Source of the DNA: an uncultured Anaerolineaceae bacterium
GTDB lineage: Bacteria > Chloroflexota > Anaerolineae > Anaerolineales > UBA11579
DNA: 64,000 bases
Reading direction: 5' to 3'
Assembly: GCA_964371335.1 (NCBI GenBank)
Contig: CAYJMC010000003.1
Coordinates: 41,962 to 105,961 of the forward strand
The notes beneath the pieces are model-generated. The model did no database searches. It was not told the origin of the DNA and saw only the letters and a program-made list of their open reading frames with translations. Position numbers and translations under genes: made by a program. This document shows, one piece after another, positions 40,710-48,928 of this stretch. The stretch's first letter is position 1, and the number at the start of each line of letters is the position of its first letter.

Positions 40710-41183
40710 TCAGCCAATCCAGTCGACCCACTGCTCGTGCAATTCCTTGCCCAGGGCATGAAGATGCACCCAGGCCTTGCCGCAGAAGATAAGCACCGCC
40801 TGCAAATAGATATCCAGATTTAACTCGATGGGAACCATCCAGTTGCCGCGGCCAACGCGCTTGGTCTCCAGGTCGCCGTCGCTGAAGGATTCCAGGATGG
40901 CCTGCATTTCTTTGTCCAAGTCGGCGTACCAGGCCGCCAGGGCTGCGGTGCTCGTAGTCAGAGTCGCATCGGGGTTGCGATAGCTAAAATTCAACTTGAA
41001 GCTCTTGAACGAGTCGATGTAGGACTGCTGTATCTCGCCCATCTCTTTGCACAAAGCGCCCAGGCTGGGGCTGCCGGGAATGGTGTGTGCCAGGTCTTCG
41101 TCGCTCAGGATCTCAAGCATTTGATGCTTGAGGTTTTGATAGTGTGGCAACAGCTTGAGAAATTCTTTGAACGTTTGGCTCAT
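40710..41183 (-). CDS. DinB/YfiT-like four-helix-bundle protein
   Basis: 157 aa with a helical pattern and His positions reminiscent of DinB_2. The RBS overlaps the ybaK-like stop. Confidence 0.45.
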   Translation of the reverse strand: MSQTFKEFLKLLPHYQNLKHQMLEILSDEDLAHTIPGSPSLGALCKEMGEIQQSYIDSFKSFKLNFSYRNPDATLTTSTAALAAWYADLDKEMQAILESFSDGDLETKRVGRGNWMVPIELNLDIYLQAVLIFCGKAWVHLHALGKELHEQWVDWIG

Positions 41184-41191
41184 CTTCGCTC

Positions 41192-41671
41192 CTATGCGAC
41201 CTTGATCACTTTCGCGCCTGTCAGCCGCACCAGTTCCGCGGGCGTCAGCGGGAAGACCGCGTTCGGCGTCCCGGCCGCCGCCCAGATGGTTTCGTAGCCG
41301 AGCAGCGTTTCATCCAAGAAGGTATGCGGCAGTGGCCGATAGCCAAAAGGCGGCACGCCGCCGATGGCATAACCCGTCGCCGAGCGCACGAAATCCGCAT
41401 CGGCCTTGCCGAGATTTTCGCCCACAACGGACTCTACCCGTAGCTCGCTGACGCGGTTCGAACCGCTGGTATAGACCAAAACAGCGCTACCGCTGTTTTT
41501 TGTCTTGAAGATCAGCGATTTGACGATCTGCCCCACTTCGCAGCCGATGGCTGCGGCTGCGTCGGCGGCGGTGCGCGTGGTTTGATCGAATTCAACGACC
41601 TGGCCGCTGAGGCCAAGTTGTTTCAGGGTGTCCTGGAATTTGATGGCGGTGGGATTTGTCGGTGAGCGCAT
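41192..41671 (-). CDS. YbaK/ProX-type aminoacyl-tRNA deacylase domain protein
   Basis: IVKSLIFK, GYAIGGVPPFG and IWAAAGTPNAVF are typical of the YbaK/EbsC family. Confidence 0.8.
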   Translation of the reverse strand: MRSPTNPTAIKFQDTLKQLGLSGQVVEFDQTTRTAADAAAAIGCEVGQIVKSLIFKTKNSGSAVLVYTSGSNRVSELRVESVVGENLGKADADFVRSATGYAIGGVPPFGYRPLPHTFLDETLLGYETIWAAAGTPNAVFPLTPAELVRLTGAKVIKVA

Positions 41672-41695
41672 GATTGCTTGAATAGTGGAACGTGG

Positions 41696-41887
41696 TTATT
41701 CCGAACACTTGGTTTTAGGTATTCCTCGCTGAGATTGCCTCGGCTTTGATACTGATTTCCTACCCGCTCGGAAGGACAAAAAGGCATGAGTGCAATGGCG
41801 GTTGGATTCGTTGGTGGCGCATGCGGTTCAGCCTTGCGAAGGTTGGATTTATATCAAGCTTCTCTTCAAGTCCAACCTTCGCAAGGC
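41696..41887. repeat. Composite family C + D element
   Basis: C part: ttattccgaacac...ggtattcctcgctgagatt...acccgctcggaaggacaaa. D part: perfect 17-bp hairpin gccttgcgaaggttgga (41831-41847) / tccaaccttcgcaaggc (41871-41887). The layout matches 59003-59204. Confidence 0.75.
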
Positions 41888-41889
41888 TC

Positions 41890-42435
41890 TTATTCCACGA
41901 TGATCTCTACGTAGATCTGGACGCCAAAGGGTTGCTCGATCTGGTCGTGAGCCTTCCAGGCAGAGCGGTAGGTGCCCGGTTGCTGGGGCGCAGTGAACTG
42001 GATGGTGATTTCCACTACGTCGCCGGGCACGGCTTCAGGCAGGGCCTGGCGGTCAATGGCGCCCATGGCGATGCCATCCACGAGGCGCAGGGAGTAGCCG
42101 CGCCCCCAGGCGCAGCTGCCATCGTTGCGCACTTGCCAGGTTTTGACGATGGGCTGGCCGGCGAGGAAATGCTGGCCGTCTGGAACGGTGATGTCTTGCA
42201 TGAAGACCAGGTCGTTCTCGCAGGGCGGCGTCGCCGTTGCCGGCATCGGGGTGTGCGTTTCTAATATGAGCGGGGTGGCGTTGCCGATCAGGGTCGGGGC
42301 GACGAACGGCGCCTGGTTGGCGGGCAGCGCCGAACGCGTGCAGGCGGCTACGAATAAAAGAACGCCCACGGTGAGCAGCAAGCTCCTCACAGGAGCGCTC
42401 TTTTTAAGTTGGTTCCAACCGATAATGTTGAACAT
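41890..42435 (-). CDS. lipoprotein with NBR1-like Ig (FW) domain
   Basis: Lipobox LFVAAC, then DGQHFLAGQPIVKTWQVRNDGSCAW...PGDVVEITIQFTAPQQPGTYRSAWKAHD. Confidence 0.6.
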   Translation of the reverse strand: MFNIIGWNQLKKSAPVRSLLLTVGVLLFVAACTRSALPANQAPFVAPTLIGNATPLILETHTPMPATATPPCENDLVFMQDITVPDGQHFLAGQPIVKTWQVRNDGSCAWGRGYSLRLVDGIAMGAIDRQALPEAVPGDVVEITIQFTAPQQPGTYRSAWKAHDQIEQPFGVQIYVEIIVE

Positions 42436-42495
42436 TTCTCCCCTCAGTATACAACGCTAGAGGTTGCAGCACATTTAACTTGGCGTGCGGGACTC

Positions 42496-42583
42496 GATTA
42501 TTCCGAAGACCGCGCTTTAGGGATTCCTCGCTGAGATCGTCTTTGTTTTGGTGAGGGTCTTCATACCCGCTCGGAATGACAAA
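42496..42583. repeat. Family C element
   Basis: gattattccgaagaccgcgctttagggattcctcgctgagatcg...tcatacccgctcggaatgacaaa. Confidence 0.7.
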
Positions 42584-42639
42584 TTGAATTGAGACAGAAA
42601 ATGGGCGAGACACCCATTTCCCGTCTCGGATCTCGTGAT

Positions 42640-43833
42640 TTATATCTCGGCGGGTTCCAGGTCCTCGAGAATTTCGGCGGGGGCAAGCTCAGCGTCTTCT
42701 TCGCCGGCGAACATGGCGGGCTGCGCGGTCAGCACCTTTTCGCGGATCTGGCTTTCGATGGCCTCCGCCAGATCGGGGTGGTCGCGCAAATATTCCTTGG
42801 CGGATTCGCGTCCCTGGCCCAGGCGCTCGTCCCCGTAGTTGTAGAAGGAACCGCGCTTGACCACCAGTTCGTACAGCACGGCGAGATCCAGCAGGTCGCC
42901 GCTCTTGGAAATGCCTTCGTTGTACATGATATCGAACTCGGCAGTCTGGAATGGCGGCGCCACTTTGTTCTTCACCACGCGCACTCGCGTGCGGTTGCCG
43001 ACTACGTCTTGCCCGGTCTTGATGGATTGAATGCGGCGCACGTCCAGGCGCACGGAGGAATAAAACTTGAGCGCCATGCCGCCGGTTGTCGTCTCCGGGT
43101 TGCCGAACATGACGCCGATCTTCTGGCGCAACTGGTTGGTGAAGACCACCGCGGTGTTGGTTTGCTTGATGGCGCCGGAGAGTTTGCGCAGTGCCTGCGA
43201 CATCAGGCGGGCCTGCATGCCCATGGTGGCATCTCCCATGTCGCCTTCAATCTCGGAGCGGGGCACCAGCGCCGCCACCGAGTCGACCACCACCAGGTCC
43301 ACCGCGCCGGAGCGCACCAGCGCCTCGGCGATCTCCAAGGCTTGCTCGCCGGTGTCGGGCTGGGCGATGAGCAGGGTGTCCAAGTTCACGCCGCAGCGCG
43401 AGGCGTAGGTGGGATCGAGGGCGTGCTCCATGTCGATGAAGGCGGCGGTGCCGCCGCGCTTCTGCACTTCGGCCACCAGGTGCTGGCAGAGGGTGGTCTT
43501 GCCGGAGGATTCGGGGCCGTAGATCTCGGTCACCCGCCCGCGGGGAAGGCCGCCGACGCCCAGCGCCAGGTCCAGCGAAATGGAGCCGGTGGAGATGGCC
43601 TCCACGGCCATGCCTTTGGCTTCGCCCAGGCGCATGATGGCACCTTCGCCGTAGCGCTTCATGATGTCGTCCAGGGTGCGCTGCAGGGTCTTGAGGCGCG
43701 CATCTTGTTCAGGGTTATGCCCATTGGAGGAGGTTGCTTCGTCGGCTGAATGCCTCCTCGCAACTGCGGGAAGCGTAGCTTCCCTTGTCTCCGGGGCGAC
43801 TTTGAGATCGGTTATTTTGACTTTTTTCGCCAT
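42640..43833 (-). CDS. recA: recombinase RecA with repeat-derived N-terminal extension
   Basis: Walker [10 protein letters not shown], plus [21 protein letters not shown] and [20 protein letters not shown] 43833 has GGAGA 9 nt upstream, and there is no alternative in-frame start before residue 58. Confidence 0.97.
   Translation of the reverse strand: MAKKVKITDLKVAPETREATLPAVARRHSADEATSSNGHNPEQDARLKTLQRTLDDIMKRYGEGAIMRLGEAKGMAVEAISTGSISLDLALGVGGLPRGRVTEIYGPESSGKTTLCQHLVAEVQKRGGTAAFIDMEHALDPTYASRCGVNLDTLLIAQPDTGEQALEIAEALVRSGAVDLVVVDSVAALVPRSEIEGDMGDATMGMQARLMSQALRKLSGAIKQTNTAVVFTNQLRQKIGVMFGNPETTTGGMALKFYSSVRLDVRRIQSIKTGQDVVGNRTRVRVVKNKVAPPFQTAEFDIMYNEGISKSGDLLDLAVLYELVVKRGSFYNYGDERLGQGRESAKEYLRDHPDLAEAIESQIREKVLTAQPAMFAGEEDAELAPAEILEDLEPAEI
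43732..43793. repeat. Family A core copy inside the recA coding region (N-terminal extension)
   Basis: ggttgcttcgtcggctgaatgcctcctcgcaactgcgggaagcgtagcttcccttgtctccgg. It has the same core and the same orientation as the mutS and 17649 copies. Confidence 0.6.
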
Positions 43834-43856
43834 TGGTCTATCTCCTATGCCATGCT

Positions 43857-43944
43857 GGGAATTGCTTCGTCGTGGTTGCTACGCAACGCATCCCTCGCAA
43901 CTACAGAAGGCAAGATTGCCACGCAACTCGGCCCTCCTTGCCTC
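43857..43944. repeat. Family A-like copy in the recA 5' untranslated region
   Basis: gggaattgcttcgtcgtggttgctacgcaacgcatccctcgcaactacagaaggcaagattgcc... Confidence 0.55.
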
Positions 43945-43958
43945 CGAACTAGTGTTCT
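43945..43958 (-). promoter_or_regulatory. Cheo-type LexA (SOS) box upstream of recA
   Basis: cGAACtagtGTTCt is a perfect GAAC-N4-GTTC palindrome, located just downstream of the predicted recA -10 box. Confidence 0.6.
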
Positions 43959-43970
43959 AATATAGAGTAA

Positions 43971-43999
43971 ATAATAGAACATATATGCTAGTTTGTCAA
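43971..43999 (-). promoter_or_regulatory. recA promoter
   Basis: On the minus strand: TTGACA (43999-43994), a 17-nt spacer, then TATTAT (43976-43971). Confidence 0.55.
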
Positions 44000-44094
44000 G
44001 CAAGGAGGACATTAGGTTTTAGGGCGGCTAGTTGCGCTGAGGGCCAAACGGTCATAATATAAGATCGTTGCGTAACCCGAGCTAGGAGGAAAAG

Positions 44095-44433
44095 ATGTTC
44101 GATGATGATGAAATCAGCCTGCCCTGGCCAGAAATTCCAATTGACCAGCTACAGTTATGGCTTAAGGTGCGTCAGGGGGAGCCGGTAAAGTATATGCTTG
44201 CTCCTATCGGTAAATTTCCGATGCTGTCTACCCACAAGGCGGTTCCTGGAGACCTTGCTTTTGAGTGGGCTGAGATCCCTATGGAAAAATTAGCCCAGGA
44301 CTTAGGAGTAAATGACGGAGATCTAGTGCTTTACGGCTTGATTTCCGCAAAAACTGTTGCCGTGCTCAAAGAGGACGGCGCTAGCCTTGAAGCCGCGGCG
44401 GAATCAGTGAAGGATTTGTTTGGTAAAGAGTAG
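44095..44433 (+). CDS. hypothetical acidic protein (112 aa)
   Basis: AGGAGGA RBS and coding-like composition. I recognised no motif. Confidence 0.5.
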   Translation: MFDDDEISLPWPEIPIDQLQLWLKVRQGEPVKYMLAPIGKFPMLSTHKAVPGDLAFEWAEIPMEKLAQDLGVNDGDLVLYGLISAKTVAVLKEDGASLEAAAESVKDLFGKE

Positions 44434-44594
44434 ATAAGCAAACGCGAAAAAGCCCAGTACGGATCTGGCACAAAAACAAGGGCCTTACCCCGGCATCGTG
44501 TAACTGCAAACAAAAAAGTAACCGCGTTTCGGCGGCTCTTTTTGTTGCCGATCCCGGCTTTGCGGTATTCAGCTAAAATAACAAAGAGGTCAAT

Positions 44595-46274
44595 ATGAAA
44601 TTCGCCAAAATGTGGTTGGTCGCCCTGTTTTTGTTATTAACCGCGTGTGGTTCCGCAGAACAGATCGAAACACCGTCTTCGACCGAAAACCATGTCGAGG
44701 AGGTGGAGGAAGTTGAACCCGTCAACATCGATGTGACCCTGGATAATTCTCATGCGGTTAGCCAGGTGATCCCAATTACCGGCGGCAGTTTGACCACCAC
44801 TGGGGCCGACGGCACTACTTATACGCTGGATATTCCGGATGACGCGCTGATCTATGAAACTGAGATCACCATGACCCCTGCAGAGTTCTCAGGGTTGCCT
44901 GCTGGCCTTGAACCAGGCCCCGGCGTACAACTGGAGTCGGAAGGGTTGAGCTTGTTTAACTTCGCCACGCTGACCATAATTCCTGCACGCGAGATCCCCA
45001 TTGATCAGCAGGTATTTTTTGGTTATGCGGCGGATGGGCAGGATCTTTCTCTGGCCTTGCCGGATATCGATAGCAGCGAAATAAAAATTCAACTGCTACA
45101 TTTCAGTGGCTATTTCGTGGGCACCGGCAACCTGGAGAATATCGCGGCTGTCCTTCCGCAACGCGGCGGAGCGGTGGTCCGGGAATTGAGCAACAAAGTG
45201 GCGGAAATGACGCAGCGCGAACGCCAGCGCCAGCAATTGGAGGGGAGAAAACCGCTAGCCCCCGAATATTCGAGCGAATTGGCCAAGATCTTCCAGGAGT
45301 ATTACGTTAGGTACGTCAAAGTGTATTTGGATATTTCCGGGGAGAGCTGTTCGAAGGGACGCCTGGCCATTGATATCTATGGGCACTATGCGCAGTTGAT
45401 GAGAAAAGTTGGACTCGCCGATCGCATCGTCGAGCTGGATTATCTCGCCCTGGTGGAAAAGGTGGCAGGTATCTGCCTGCAGGAAGAATACAACATGTGC
45501 GTCAACGAACATGTGGTGCATCGCATGATCCCTATCTTGCTTGGCCTTGAGCGGCAAATGCAGCTTACGCGCGAAGCCCTGGGACTTGGTGAAGAAAGCG
45601 CCTCGTCCTCCGCGCTTTTGCAACGCGCCAGACAGCTCACTGAGAAATGCTTGCGCTTCGAACTGGAGTTTACGTCCACCTCTACCGGGCCGGCCGCCGG
45701 GGGCGATGCCGGCGGCTCGGGAGAGATCAGGGTTTCGGTGAGCGCATCCGTTCCCATCCGCCTCACCGACTTCGTCCTGTCTGGGGAAGCTCCCTTGGTG
45801 CACGAGGATTTCTCCGCGGTCCTGGAAGGTTGCACCACAATCATTTACCCTGCCAGCGGCTTCGAAGACGGCAAATTCAGCGTGAGCGGACTCAGCTGGG
45901 CCATCGAAAAGTCCATTCACGTTGATAGCGGCGAAGTGACGTTCAAACTTACCGATCTTAATGTGCGTTTCGATGCTGACAGCCGCGATCTTTTTGCTTT
46001 CGGGGGTAATTGCAATCCCGGCCTTGTAATTAGTCCCGACCAGGTTTCCCACTGGGACCTGGTTTTTTTCGAACGGCACAGCGACCAAGTTTGCGGGGTG
46101 TTGGGTACGGGGGATCAACGGCTGGAAGCACTCTGTGCCGGGTCAACTGGCATTTATATTTTTGAAGGCTGGCAGATTTTGGGCGATGAGCTGTTTGCCA
46201 CCCTGGAATGGAACAGGGAAGGGTTATACACAGAGAGCGGGTCCTTCCTCATCTATCACCGCCCGGGAAAGTAG
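44595..46274 (+). CDS. lipoprotein of unknown function (559 aa)
   Basis: Signal peptide with lipobox LLLTAC and an AGAGG RBS. I recognised no family. Confidence 0.65.
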   Translation: MKFAKMWLVALFLLLTACGSAEQIETPSSTENHVEEVEEVEPVNIDVTLDNSHAVSQVIPITGGSLTTTGADGTTYTLDIPDDALIYETEITMTPAEFSGLPAGLEPGPGVQLESEGLSLFNFATLTIIPAREIPIDQQVFFGYAADGQDLSLALPDIDSSEIKIQLLHFSGYFVGTGNLENIAAVLPQRGGAVVRELSNKVAEMTQRERQRQQLEGRKPLAPEYSSELAKIFQEYYVRYVKVYLDISGESCSKGRLAIDIYGHYAQLMRKVGLADRIVELDYLALVEKVAGICLQEEYNMCVNEHVVHRMIPILLGLERQMQLTREALGLGEESASSSALLQRARQLTEKCLRFELEFTSTSTGPAAGGDAGGSGEIRVSVSASVPIRLTDFVLSGEAPLVHEDFSAVLEGCTTIIYPASGFEDGKFSVSGLSWAIEKSIHVDSGEVTFKLTDLNVRFDADSRDLFAFGGNCNPGLVISPDQVSHWDLVFFERHSDQVCGVLGTGDQRLEALCAGSTGIYIFEGWQILGDELFATLEWNREGLYTESGSFLIYHRPGK

Positions 46275-46294
46275 CCCCTTTCCTCTAACCCAAA

Positions 46295-46322
46295 ATAAGA
46301 GCCGCCGAGGCGGCTCTTATTC
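46295..46322. terminator. hairpin terminator between convergent genes
   Basis: ataagagccgcc / ggcggctcttat stem. The U-run is better on the minus strand (ttattttgg). Confidence 0.6.
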
Positions 46323-46425
46323 ATACTATCTGTGGATGTTGCCAGTCGGCAAAGCCGAACGCGTGGTCTCTTTTGCCACGCAAAGCATCTCCAACGCGTC
46401 GCTTCCCTTGCGACGCAAGCGCTCG

Positions 46426-46590
46426 CTAGGCGACCGGGCGCCGCCCCATGATCAGCGAAATAACGAACATGATCAGGAAGATCACGAACAGGACCTGCGC
46501 AATGCCTGCGGAGGTGCCGGCGATCCCCGTGAAGCCTAAGGCGGCTGCGATCAGAGCTATAACTAGGAATGTTAACGCCCAACTAAGCAT
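46426..46590 (-). CDS. DUF1328/UPF0391 (YtjA-like) small membrane protein, 54 aa
   Basis: Hand translation: [58 protein letters not shown] lies 6 nt upstream. It is below the track cutoff. Confidence 0.7.
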   Translation of the reverse strand: MLSWALTFLVIALIAAALGFTGIAGTSAGIAQVLFVIFLIMFVISLIMGRRPVA

Positions 46591-46696
46591 GGCAATCTCC
46601 TTTCTTTTTCTTGCCGCTGAGAACGGAGCAGAGGGCGGATGTATTATGCAAGTATAGAATTAGACTTACCCTCCACCAACGGGTTGCCGATTGCTG

Positions 46697-47056
46697 TCAA
46701 TCGAGGTGAAGGGTCAGCGCCAAGGCAGTTTCGATTTGCCGCATCTGCTCCACCCCCAATTCGCCCACTTTTTTCACCAGGCACTGTTCGCTGACCGAGC
46801 GCACCTGAAAACAATCCACGGCAGATTTCTTAACCAGGCCTATCTTGGGGTTGCGATCCAGGGGAACCAGCCAGGGAGCTTTGGCAAACTCTTCGCGCCA
46901 ACCGGTAATGGGCACTATGATCTTGAGAGGAAGAATGCCTATGGAATCCCGGCTGACGATGACAGCCGGGCGCGATTTGCGAATTTCCGACCCGATGCTT
47001 GGGTCGAGATTGACCTGCCAGATCTCGCCCCTACGCATGCCAGTCTTCGGCATCAA
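46697..47056 (-). CDS. mazF: MazF/PemK-family type II toxin (mRNA interferase)
   Basis: RRGEIWQVNLDPSIGSEIRKSRPAVIVS and IVPITG are typical of PemK/MazF. The real start is possibly at 47038 (MRRGEIW). Confidence 0.85.
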   Translation of the reverse strand: MMPKTGMRRGEIWQVNLDPSIGSEIRKSRPAVIVSRDSIGILPLKIIVPITGWREEFAKAPWLVPLDRNPKIGLVKKSAVDCFQVRSVSEQCLVKKVGELGVEQMRQIETALALTLHLD

Positions 47057-47300
47057 GGTCGGTGAAGGTGGTTAGGTCCTCATCGGCCGCATAAGTAGCG
47101 CGCAGTTCGCGTGCCGCCTGGTGAAGCCTGGCTTCTTTGGCGGTACGCATCTTTTCGCCTACCAGTTCGCGGATCAAGGCAGACACGCTCTTTCCGCTCT
47201 TTTTAGATACGCGGGCAAGGTATTTCTGCTGCTCATCATCCAGCAGGACCTGCAGACGGCGAAGCTTTTGCTTAACGTTCACTGACCCAATGATACACAT
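47031..47300 (-). CDS. ribbon-helix-helix (CopG/MazE-like) antitoxin
   Basis: LQVLLDDEQQKYLARVSKKSGKSVSALIRELV is an RHH pattern. It overlaps the toxin start. The real start may be GTG 47282. Confidence 0.7.
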   Translation of the reverse strand: MCIIGSVNVKQKLRRLQVLLDDEQQKYLARVSKKSGKSVSALIRELVGEKMRTAKEARLHQAARELRATYAADEDLTTFTDLDAEDWHA

Positions 47301-47319
47301 GAAGAGTGTGTACTGTCAA
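47290..47319 (-). promoter_or_regulatory. promoter of the toxin-antitoxin operon
   Basis: On the minus strand: TTGACA (47319-47314), an 18-nt spacer, then TATCAT (47295-47290). The track ATG at 47300 lies inside the spacer, and GTG 47282 lies 7 nt after the -10. Confidence 0.5.
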
Positions 47320-47463
47320 TGTGTAATTCCGTGGGCAAAACGGCCCCCCGCATTGATGTTTATTTGCGCGCCAAAAGGCGGCATGCTCGGTTGACGCTAA
47401 GTATCGAAACAACCACGTTTCTCATCCGGCCACCTGCCGCCCGGCGGCAGACGGGCGCAAAGG

Positions 47464-48009
47464 TTACGAGTCCCCCAGGATTTGTCCCACGCGTTCGCGC
47501 AGCACCTCTACGGTCATCGGCCCGCCAATCACCACCGCTTGGATGATCCCATCGCCATCGATGAAGAAGGAGGTGGGCAGCCCGCGCAACTGGTAGGCCT
47601 CCTCCACCCGGCCATCCTGATCAAGGAGGATGGGGAAGGTCAGCTCATGTTCCTCAACGAAAGCTTCCACCGAGCTGAGCATGTCTTTTTTGGTTAGATT
47701 CACCGCCAGCACCATAAAGCCCTGATCGCTGAATTCCTCGTAGGCTTGCTGAATGGCGGGCATCTCATATTTGCACGGCGTGCACCAGCTCGCCCACATA
47801 TTGACCAACACCGGTTGCCCCCTAAATTCGGATAAGCTAACGAGCTCTCCATCCAGGGTCTGCAGGCTGAAATCCGGCGCCAGCAGGCCGGGCTGCGGGC
47901 CCGGGATGAGCGCGTCCACTGGGCTTGGCTGCCGCGCGGCGGCAAACCAAAGCCCGCTCACCCCGATCAGCGCAAACGCAAGGAAAAAAGTCTTCCTGGG
48001 TACGAACAT
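47464..48009 (-). CDS. TlpA/ResA-like membrane-anchored thiol:disulfide oxidoreductase
   Basis: N-terminal TM anchor and the WASWCTPC thioredoxin active site. Confidence 0.85.
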   Translation of the reverse strand: MFVPRKTFFLAFALIGVSGLWFAAARQPSPVDALIPGPQPGLLAPDFSLQTLDGELVSLSEFRGQPVLVNMWASWCTPCKYEMPAIQQAYEEFSDQGFMVLAVNLTKKDMLSSVEAFVEEHELTFPILLDQDGRVEEAYQLRGLPTSFFIDGDGIIQAVVIGGPMTVEVLRERVGQILGDS

Positions 48010-48074
48010 TTTCCGCTTACCAGCCCGTCAGCGGAGGCGGCCAACGCCGCCTCCGCTGGCTTTGGGCGAACCGG

Positions 48075-48521
48075 CTAGTTCTCGAGCACGATCAGGTAGC
48101 CAACCATGGTGCCATGGTCGGCGTCGCACTCACCCTCGGCGGCGTCCTGAGGGATGTTGCACATCCATTGGAAGACGCCGGACTGATCGGCGGTGAATTC
48201 CAATGTGACCTCGCCTGTGCGCGCTTCGAGCGGACCCGTGTCCAGGTTGTATCCGGGCAGGAAGAAGGAATGGATGTTCTTGCGCGGGTTCATCACTGTC
48301 AAGTTGACGTTGTCACCCTTATGGACGACGAGGACGTTGGGTTCCCAGCGATGGTACTCGCCGGTCAAAGCCTCTGCCCCGTCCACTTCGCCAATCACTT
48401 CGCCTTCACCCATGATGACGGTGAAGTTCTGGGTGCCGCCGGCCCCGGCCGCCGGCTGGCAGGCGGCGAGCACCAGCAGCAAGCCCGCAGCAATGAGAAA
48501 AACAAACAACTTCGATTTCAT
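48075..48521 (-). CDS. CoxB-like (CuA-type) cupredoxin lipoprotein with expanded metal loop
   Basis: Lipobox LVLAAC. NIHSFFLPGYN resembles the cytochrome oxidase subunit II motif VIHSFWVP. The C-terminal CNIPQDAAEGECDADHGTM reads C-x11-C-x3-H-x2-M. AAGGAG RBS. Confidence 0.65.
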   Translation of the reverse strand: MKSKLFVFLIAAGLLLVLAACQPAAGAGGTQNFTVIMGEGEVIGEVDGAEALTGEYHRWEPNVLVVHKGDNVNLTVMNPRKNIHSFFLPGYNLDTGPLEARTGEVTLEFTADQSGVFQWMCNIPQDAAEGECDADHGTMVGYLIVLEN

Positions 48522-48575
48522 TTTCTGTCTCCTTTGATAGTTGAAAAAATTATTTTCGGTAATCCAGCGATTAGG

Positions 48576-48905
48576 CTAGTTCACCACCATATGTGGACTC
48601 CTTTCGACCTTGGTTTCCCCCTCGGCGCCCGAAGTAACTTGCGCGTCCTGTCTCTCGCAGAGCAGCTGCCAGGAATCGAAAGCCTCGGGCCAATTCCCTT
48701 CATCCAAAACCAGGAGCTTGCTTCCATCCCAATCTTTGATATAGAAAGTAGCCTCGTTATGGCCATCGTCAACGGATTCGACGATGCATCCGCCGGGTTC
48801 GAAATTCCAGCCTGCGCCTCTGGCCTTGAGCAGCTTGGCGCCGAAACTGGCTTCGCAAGCTCCCAGCCAGCAGGAACATTGGGTGCGATCCATGTAGATT
48901 TTCAT
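48576..48905 (-). CDS. Cys-rich small protein of unknown function
   Basis: GGAGG RBS before ATG 48905. MKIYMDRTQCSCWLGACE... with 5 Cys. The track extension to 48983 overlaps the upstream gene. Confidence 0.45.
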   Translation of the reverse strand: MKIYMDRTQCSCWLGACEASFGAKLLKARGAGWNFEPGGCIVESVDDGHNEATFYIKDWDGSKLLVLDEGNWPEAFDSWQLLCERQDAQVTSGAEGETKVERSPHMVVN

Positions 48906-48928
48906 TTGCGTACCTCCAGTGATCCTGG

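Noticed and set aside
42589-43749. 386-aa plus-strand ORF
   Set aside because: It is antisense to recA, which is unambiguous, so this is a shadow ORF.
43975-43988. Second LexA box agaacatatatgct in the recA promoter spacer
   Set aside because: Only one half-site (GAAC) matches. The second half is ATGC rather than GTTC.
45255-46118. 287-aa minus-strand ORF
   Set aside because: It is antisense to the 559-aa lipoprotein gene, which has an RBS, signal peptide and terminator. The composition is Arg/Gly/Ala-rich.
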